Shown: piece after piece, positions 23,124 to 27,839 of the stretch | How the letters are laid out: each line of letters begins with the position of its first letter | How positions within the stretch are numbered: the first letter of the stretch is position 1 | From: a phage | Reading direction: 5' to 3' (one strand) | NCBI GenBank assembly: GCA_023859445.1 | Contig: GCA_023859445.1_4337.1 | DNA length: 27,839 nt | The notes under the pieces: model-generated | What the model was told of the DNA's origin: nothing | The model's database searches: none | The model's input: only the letters and a program-made list of their open reading frames with translations | Made by a program: the position numbers and the translations under genes

Positions 23124-25121
23124 ATGGCAGATACCGCAAGTTTAATCGTAAAGGTACAGGCTACCGGGGCAGAGCAGGCCGCCAAGCAGCTTGATAGCCT
23201 GAGCAGTTCCGCGGGTAAGGCGGATACCAGTACCAAGAAGATGACTGACACCACATCGGCAGCGGCACCGAAGATGAACGCGCTCAAAGCGTCCATCGGC
23301 AACGCTGGATATCAGGTACAGGACTTCATCGTACAGATTCAGGGCGGGCAATCGGCCCTCACCGCGTTCACCCAGCAGGGTAGCCAGTTAGTATCAGCGT
23401 TTAACCCGATTGCAGGTACTGTGTTGACGCTGGCTACGGTTATCGGCGGCGCGCTATACGCTTCGATGTCCGACGCGAAGGACACCGCAAAGGAACTGGA
23501 AGACGCGACCAAGTTCCTCGATGATGCACTGAACGAAGCAACGCCGGGCGTGTATGAAATGAACGACGCACTGGAGAAGCTCGACGCTATCGGTGCTACC
23601 ACGGCGGAGAAGATGGCATTTCTCAACAAGGCACTGGAAGCTACTGCCGTGCAAGCCAACGCTACCGCTGACAAGATTGTAGAAGCAATCGACAAGGTGA
23701 CTAAGGCGCAGTCCATCTTCCAGAAGCTTACGACCAACCTTGCCGCGTCGCAGATAGCGCAGGGCGGTAATGCTGCTGGGGCGGTGGCGTTCCAGTACGA
23801 AGCAGCAGCAGAGGCCGCTGGACTTACCGCAAAAGAGATGCGTAGTATTGAGGTCGCACAGAAAGCTATCGCCGCTGGAGTTCCGGGCGCTCGTGAAGGA
23901 CTGATTGCGTACCTCGACGGCATCAAAGCTAAGACGCCGGAAGCGCAAATCGAGCTTAACAAGCTGCGTAATGAACTGAACTACCTAGGCGTAGAGGAGA
24001 AGACACGCGCCGCTGAACGTAAGGGCGTAGAACAGGCTGAGAAGACATACGAGAAGGACAAAGCGGACCGGGCGCAGAAGGAAATCGACCGCCAGAATCG
24101 AATCAGTGCTGCCGCCGTGAAACGTGCGTCCGCGCAGGCACGAGCAGAGGCTAAAGCGCAGGAGAGCGCACAGAAAGCCGCTGACCAGTTCATCGCGCAA
24201 CTCGATACCAACACAGGTACCGAGTTAGACAAAATCGATGCTAAAGAGAAGCAGAAGCTAGCTAAGTTGCAGGAATACCATGACAAGCAACTGGTAAGCG
24301 ACGCTGAGTATGAGCAGTCGAAAAGCGACATCATGGCCGAGTTTCAGGCACAGCGGGACGCCCTCTACAACAACGCCGATGTGTATTTACAGAAGTTACA
24401 AGCGCTTGGCGGCACTGAGTACGAGGAAATCCAACGGCAGAATGACGCCAAACTCAAGCAACTGGATGACTTCCTGAAACAGAAGCTGATTAGCGAAGAA
24501 CAGTACGCCAACGCAGTTACCGCGCTGAATGAGCAAAGCAACATTGCGCAGGCTAACGCTACAGCCAACGCGTTCGGAAGCATGGCTGCCGATGCTAAAT
24601 CCGCATTGGGTGAAACGTCCGCCGCGTATAAAGCGTTCGCAATCACCCAGGCGACCATCGCCACCTACACCGCAGCTATAGAGGCGTACAAGTCCACGGC
24701 AGCTATCCCGATTGTTGGCCCGGCGCTAGCCCCGGTTGCCGCCGGTCTGGCAGTTGCCGCAGGTGTGGCTAACATCGCCAAGATTAGCGGTGCGCGTGAG
24801 CAGGGCGGGCAGATGAACGCAGGCGGTAGCTATCTTGTCGGGGAACGTGGTCCAGAGATTATTAAGATGGGTGGTGCCGGTCGTGCAAGTAATGCAAGCC
24901 AGACGCGGGCTGAGCTGTCAGGCAGTGGTAACAGCGGCCCGGCTAACATCAGCATCATTAACAACACTAGTGCACAAATCGGCAACGTATCTACTGAACA
25001 GGATGATGAAGGGCGTCTGCGCATCATTATCTCTGAGCAGGTGGCTTCTGAGCTAATGAACAGCAACAGTCGGATTAGCAAGGCCCGCAAGTCTACGCGA
25101 AATGCACCCGGCTTTAAGTGA
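23124..25121 (+). CDS. Tape measure protein (666 aa)
   Basis: ATG 23124 (SD GAGG 9 nt upstream) within track ORF 23085-25121; long Ala/Gln/Lys-rich helical protein with hydrophobic Gly/Ala-rich segment near the C-terminus. Confidence 0.8.
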   Translation: MADTASLIVKVQATGAEQAAKQLDSLSSSAGKADTSTKKMTDTTSAAAPKMNALKASIGNAGYQVQDFIVQIQGGQSALTAFTQQGSQLVSAFNPIAGTVLTLATVIGGALYASMSDAKDTAKELEDATKFLDDALNEATPGVYEMNDALEKLDAIGATTAEKMAFLNKALEATAVQANATADKIVEAIDKVTKAQSIFQKLTTNLAASQIAQGGNAAGAVAFQYEAAAEAAGLTAKEMRSIEVAQKAIAAGVPGAREGLIAYLDGIKAKTPEAQIELNKLRNELNYLGVEEKTRAAERKGVEQAEKTYEKDKADRAQKEIDRQNRISAAAVKRASAQARAEAKAQESAQKAADQFIAQLDTNTGTELDKIDAKEKQKLAKLQEYHDKQLVSDAEYEQSKSDIMAEFQAQRDALYNNADVYLQKLQALGGTEYEEIQRQNDAKLKQLDDFLKQKLISEEQYANAVTALNEQSNIAQANATANAFGSMAADAKSALGETSAAYKAFAITQATIATYTAAIEAYKSTAAIPIVGPALAPVAAGLAVAAGVANIAKISGAREQGGQMNAGGSYLVGERGPEIIKMGGAGRASNASQTRAELSGSGNSGPANISIINNTSAQIGNVSTEQDDEGRLRIIISEQVASELMNSNSRISKARKSTRNAPGFK

Positions 25122-25129
25122 CAACAGAA

Positions 25130-25151
25130 AGGCCCTCAGGGCCTTTATTTT
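25130..25151. terminator. Bidirectional intrinsic terminator after tape measure gene
   Basis: Stem AGGCCC/GGGCCT, short loop, then TTATTTT; stop of the minus-strand gene (25145) lies within it. Confidence 0.7.
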
Positions 25152-25903
25152 CTCCAGCCTCTGGGTTTATGCCCCTCGTTACACAATTTGGTAAACTCCG
25201 CGATGATTGCGGTATCGGCTACCATCCACTCACTTGCTCCGTCAAAGTTGCTTAGCTCCGCTGATACGTGTGCGCGGTGGAAATATCGCTCCAACATACG
25301 GCAACGAGCACCATTAGCGTCTTGGTATACGCTAAGCACATGGAACTCGAATGGGGTGGCACGCTCTAGCTGGGCAAGGCGTTGCTTTAACTTGTTAGTG
25401 ATACCTATTTTGAGATATTTACCACATGCGGAAAGAAGCCCGTAAATATATCCCGGTTTGTTAGAATTGTAGCCGTGCTTGGCACATGAGGGGCATCCAT
25501 GCCCATGCACTAAAATGTTATTAACTCCCGTGACAAACACCCCGTGGTCCTTACAGACCCGTATCGCTTTTGAATTTTTGTTAAGGTACGCCCCGCCCTC
25601 AAAACCCACGAACGTATATCGAACATCCGCTGATTTTATTTGCTCAATAACCGCATTTGTATTCTTGCGGTACGCAACAGACGCGGCCTCCCTGCTGCAT
25701 TTCATGCACCCGTGACCTCCGGCGATGCTACGGGCTATAGCCGCAAATTCGCCGTGTTCTGGGCAAGTAATTCTAATCTTACTGGTCGAGTTGATATACT
25801 CGCTACCATCATAACTTGGGGATATTGTGTACTTCCCGCCGTGTTTCTTTAAATCTAACTCGACCATTTTCTTCCGTTCTTCCCAACCAATTTTAGCGCT
25901 CAT
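25145..25903 (-). CDS. Homing-endonuclease-like protein (GIY-YIG / T5orf172-MUG113-like C-terminal domain with two N-terminal Cys/His zinc-ribbon repeats), 252 aa
   Basis: ORF track; repeats CPEHGEF...GHGCMKC and CKDHGVF...GHGCPSC; C-terminal GYIYGLL...KIGIT...R pattern resembles GIY-YIG-type domains (from memory); opposite strand inside the tail module. Confidence 0.55.
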   Translation of the reverse strand: MSAKIGWEERKKMVELDLKKHGGKYTISPSYDGSEYINSTSKIRITCPEHGEFAAIARSIAGGHGCMKCSREAASVAYRKNTNAVIEQIKSADVRYTFVGFEGGAYLNKNSKAIRVCKDHGVFVTGVNNILVHGHGCPSCAKHGYNSNKPGYIYGLLSACGKYLKIGITNKLKQRLAQLERATPFEFHVLSVYQDANGARCRMLERYFHRAHVSAELSNFDGASEWMVADTAIIAEFTKLCNEGHKPRGWRK

Positions 25904-25923
25904 ACCAACCTCGCCCTTGTTTT

Positions 25924-25958
25924 AATAGCATACTATTCAACCATATGGTATCTGTCAA
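25924..25958 (-). promoter_or_regulatory. Promoter for the endonuclease-like gene (TTGACA-17-TAGTAT) carrying the palindrome AATAGCATACTATT
   Basis: -35 complement of 25953-25958, -10 complement of 25930-25935; palindrome 25924-25937 (copy 5 of the family). Confidence 0.5.
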
Positions 25959-26032
25959 CTTAAATGCAATGACGCTATGCTTCTCCCCATGATACCATTG
26001 ACCTTAACATCCAATCTATCGAGGTTTTAATA

Positions 26033-27433
26033 ATGGGTGACTTATATTTCCCACGTAGCCTTAAGCCAATTGTATCGAAAGGCTACTCAATGACCAGACG
26101 TAACAACGTCTGGAGTGTAGATTTAGCCGGTGGCGGGGTGCGTCAGGGCCGTGACACGTATTACGACGTGTTCCCTGTTAGCGTAACCCTGATTACATCC
26201 GCAATGGGGCGACAGGCGTTTCTGTCGTTCCTCGAAAAAGTAGACGGCGGTGCGTCAAGTTTCTGGATGGCGCACGACTTCGGCATGGGCATCGAAGATT
26301 ATCAGGTAACCATTACGTCCACTATCGCCGAGTCCACCGAAGACGGGATTAACTGGACAATCACCTTCACGGCAACCGCCGAGAAATCGCCGTTCCAGGA
26401 CCTTGAGAACCAGTGCCTGATTAACAATCTGCCAGATTTGTACGGCTGTTACGGGGATTGTCTGGGTAGTTTCCTGAAAATATACGCGAACTATGAGACG
26501 ACATTCCCTCGCATCTGGAGCGACGAAGGTCCTGCCGGATATCCGCCGATTAACATGCTGGCATCTACGCTTGATAGCCGCATTGTTTATGAGGGGCCGC
26601 AGGTTTATTACATCAACCACAACGGTAATCTTGTGCAGTCCGCCGTCAATGAATGGCCTCTTACGTTTATTGACGGGGTTGCTGTCGGGCGTGTGCCGCC
26701 AGAGGTATCAGTAACTAACAGATTCCTATATTCAAGCAATTTCTCTTCGTCAAACTGGAACAAAGGTTTGGTTAGTGTATCAGTATCTGAAACAGGTGTT
26801 TTAACAGCCGCGGGCACGTACGACGTAACTGCTACCGCCACAAGCGGTAACCACCTAATAAACCAGACTGTAGATGTTAGCGTCGGTGTTGGCGACAAGG
26901 TGACTTTTAGTTTCTTCGCAAAAGCAAACGGATACAATTTCATACGGATGTACGTGCGAGAACTTCCTACAGCATTAGGCTCAGCAGTTGTAGATTTGCG
27001 GGATGGTAGCATTTATTCCGGCCCAGGCGGTACAGATGTAACCGACGTAGGCGGAGGGTGGTTCCGAATATCGGAGACGGTCAACGCGACAGAAGATAAA
27101 ACAATGAGCATACGGATGGACGCATGGATATATTCAGACGGAGTTACCGGGACATTTACGGGGGATGGCGTTTCAGGGATTAAATTATCCGCGGCTACTG
27201 TAGAGGTAAACCAAAATACAACATCACCAATAATTACGGCGGCGTCTCCTGTAACACGCCCCGCGGCATCGGCAAAAGTAGTAATGAACGGCGCAACAAG
27301 CATCGGCATTACCTACTCCGACGGCTCTGTGGTAGACGTTCAGGCTGTTGACGGTTACGCCACCATCCCACAGGCGGATTCTGCGTGGGGTAGTAAATAC
27401 GTCACCCGTATTGATTTTAATGTGGACGGTTAA
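26033..27433 (+). CDS. Minor tail protein, lambda gpM-like N-terminal domain with long C-terminal extension (466 aa)
   Basis: ORF track; N-terminal pattern SVTL...FLSFLEKVDGGASSFWM resembles lambda gpM (recalled); first tail-tip gene after tape measure. Confidence 0.5.
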   Translation: MGDLYFPRSLKPIVSKGYSMTRRNNVWSVDLAGGGVRQGRDTYYDVFPVSVTLITSAMGRQAFLSFLEKVDGGASSFWMAHDFGMGIEDYQVTITSTIAESTEDGINWTITFTATAEKSPFQDLENQCLINNLPDLYGCYGDCLGSFLKIYANYETTFPRIWSDEGPAGYPPINMLASTLDSRIVYEGPQVYYINHNGNLVQSAVNEWPLTFIDGVAVGRVPPEVSVTNRFLYSSNFSSSNWNKGLVSVSVSETGVLTAAGTYDVTATATSGNHLINQTVDVSVGVGDKVTFSFFAKANGYNFIRMYVRELPTALGSAVVDLRDGSIYSGPGGTDVTDVGGGWFRISETVNATEDKTMSIRMDAWIYSDGVTGTFTGDGVSGIKLSAATVEVNQNTTSPIITAASPVTRPAASAKVVMNGATSIGITYSDGSVVDVQAVDGYATIPQADSAWGSKYVTRIDFNVDG

Positions 27434-27436
27434 CTT

Positions 27437-27839
27437 ATGAGCCAGGAATCAGTAGAAGCAGCCTACCGCCGTAAGCTGGCCTCAAATCCCGACGGCGAGA
27501 TGGACTACATCACGTTGCAAATCAGCCACCCGTTGCTGTCAAAGACGTATTATCTTGTGCGCGGGCTACAGGAACTTACAGCAACACTGGAGACGGGTGA
27601 AACAATCACATTCGAGCCAACCCCGATGGAGGCGTCGGGCGCGGCTAACAACAGTGACATGGACCAGACGACGACGTTTACTCTACCGGATATCCTCAAT
27701 CAACTTGATGATGAGATGGATAAAATCCCGATGAGTAACACCGAGTTGCCGAAGTTCGTATTTCGCCGTTACGTCAGCACCGACCTGTCTTACCCGGCTG
27801 ACGGCCCGGTCGTGTACGAGTTACAGGCCATCAACCAGG
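27437..27839 (+). CDS. Minor tail protein, gpL-like (N-terminal part; continues past window end)
   Basis: ATG 27437 four nt after upstream stop; open to the window edge (134 codons); follows the gpM-like gene as in lambda-type tail tips. Confidence 0.4.
   Translation, partial: MSQESVEAAYRRKLASNPDGEMDYITLQISHPLLSKTYYLVRGLQELTATLETGETITFEPTPMEASGAANNSDMDQTTTFTLPDILNQLDDEMDKIPMSNTELPKFVFRRYVSTDLSYPADGPVVYELQAINQ

Noticed and set aside
23339-24664. Minus-strand ORFs inside the tape measure gene (23339-23962, 23454-23948, 23981-24334, 24365-24664)
   Set aside because: Ala/Ser-rich low-complexity translations antisense to the Ala/Gln-rich tape measure gene; artefacts of compositional bias.
1-27839. 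Prophage boundary, integrase, att sites, tRNA genes or CRISPR array
   Set aside because: No integrase-like ORF, no tRNA-like cloverleaf signatures and no regularly spaced direct repeats were seen; the window looks like the interior of a lytic phage genome.

Overview
This window reads as a contiguous piece of a tailed, virulent-type phage genome (siphovirus-like, with a lambda-like M/L tail tip); no integrase, attachment site, tRNA or CRISPR array was seen. All calls come from reading the sequence and the ORF track by eye; no database search was run. Left to right: the 5' part of a primase-polymerase/helicase gene and two small genes on the minus strand (1-2072); a divergent promoter region; a run of small translationally coupled plus-strand genes (2555-4885, including a DUF551-like protein); a lysis cassette of two membrane proteins and a GH24 endolysin (4961-6000); a second run of small coupled ORFs (6181-8144); then terminase small and large subunits, portal, head morphogenesis protein and an Ig-like protein (8266-13140). 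A 500-bp regulatory island with a tiny minus-strand membrane-peptide gene follows, then an overlapped Rz/Rz1 spanin pair placed among the head genes, scaffold, major capsid, connector and tail genes to the major tail protein (to 19610). A four-gene minus-strand accessory operon (P-loop kinase, HAD phosphatase, HTH-metallophosphoesterase, small secreted protein; 19639-22176) sits inside the tail module and is the best candidate for an undescribed system. The window ends with tail chaperones, tape measure, a minus-strand homing-endonuclease-like gene, and M-like and L-like tail tip genes. A palindromic promoter family (TTGCRC-N17-TACTAT with AATAG-N4-CTATT across the -10) recurs five times, and GC-rich hairpin terminators, several bidirectional, punctuate the modules. 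Many real-looking genes are under 60 codons or run off the window edge and so are absent from the ORF track.
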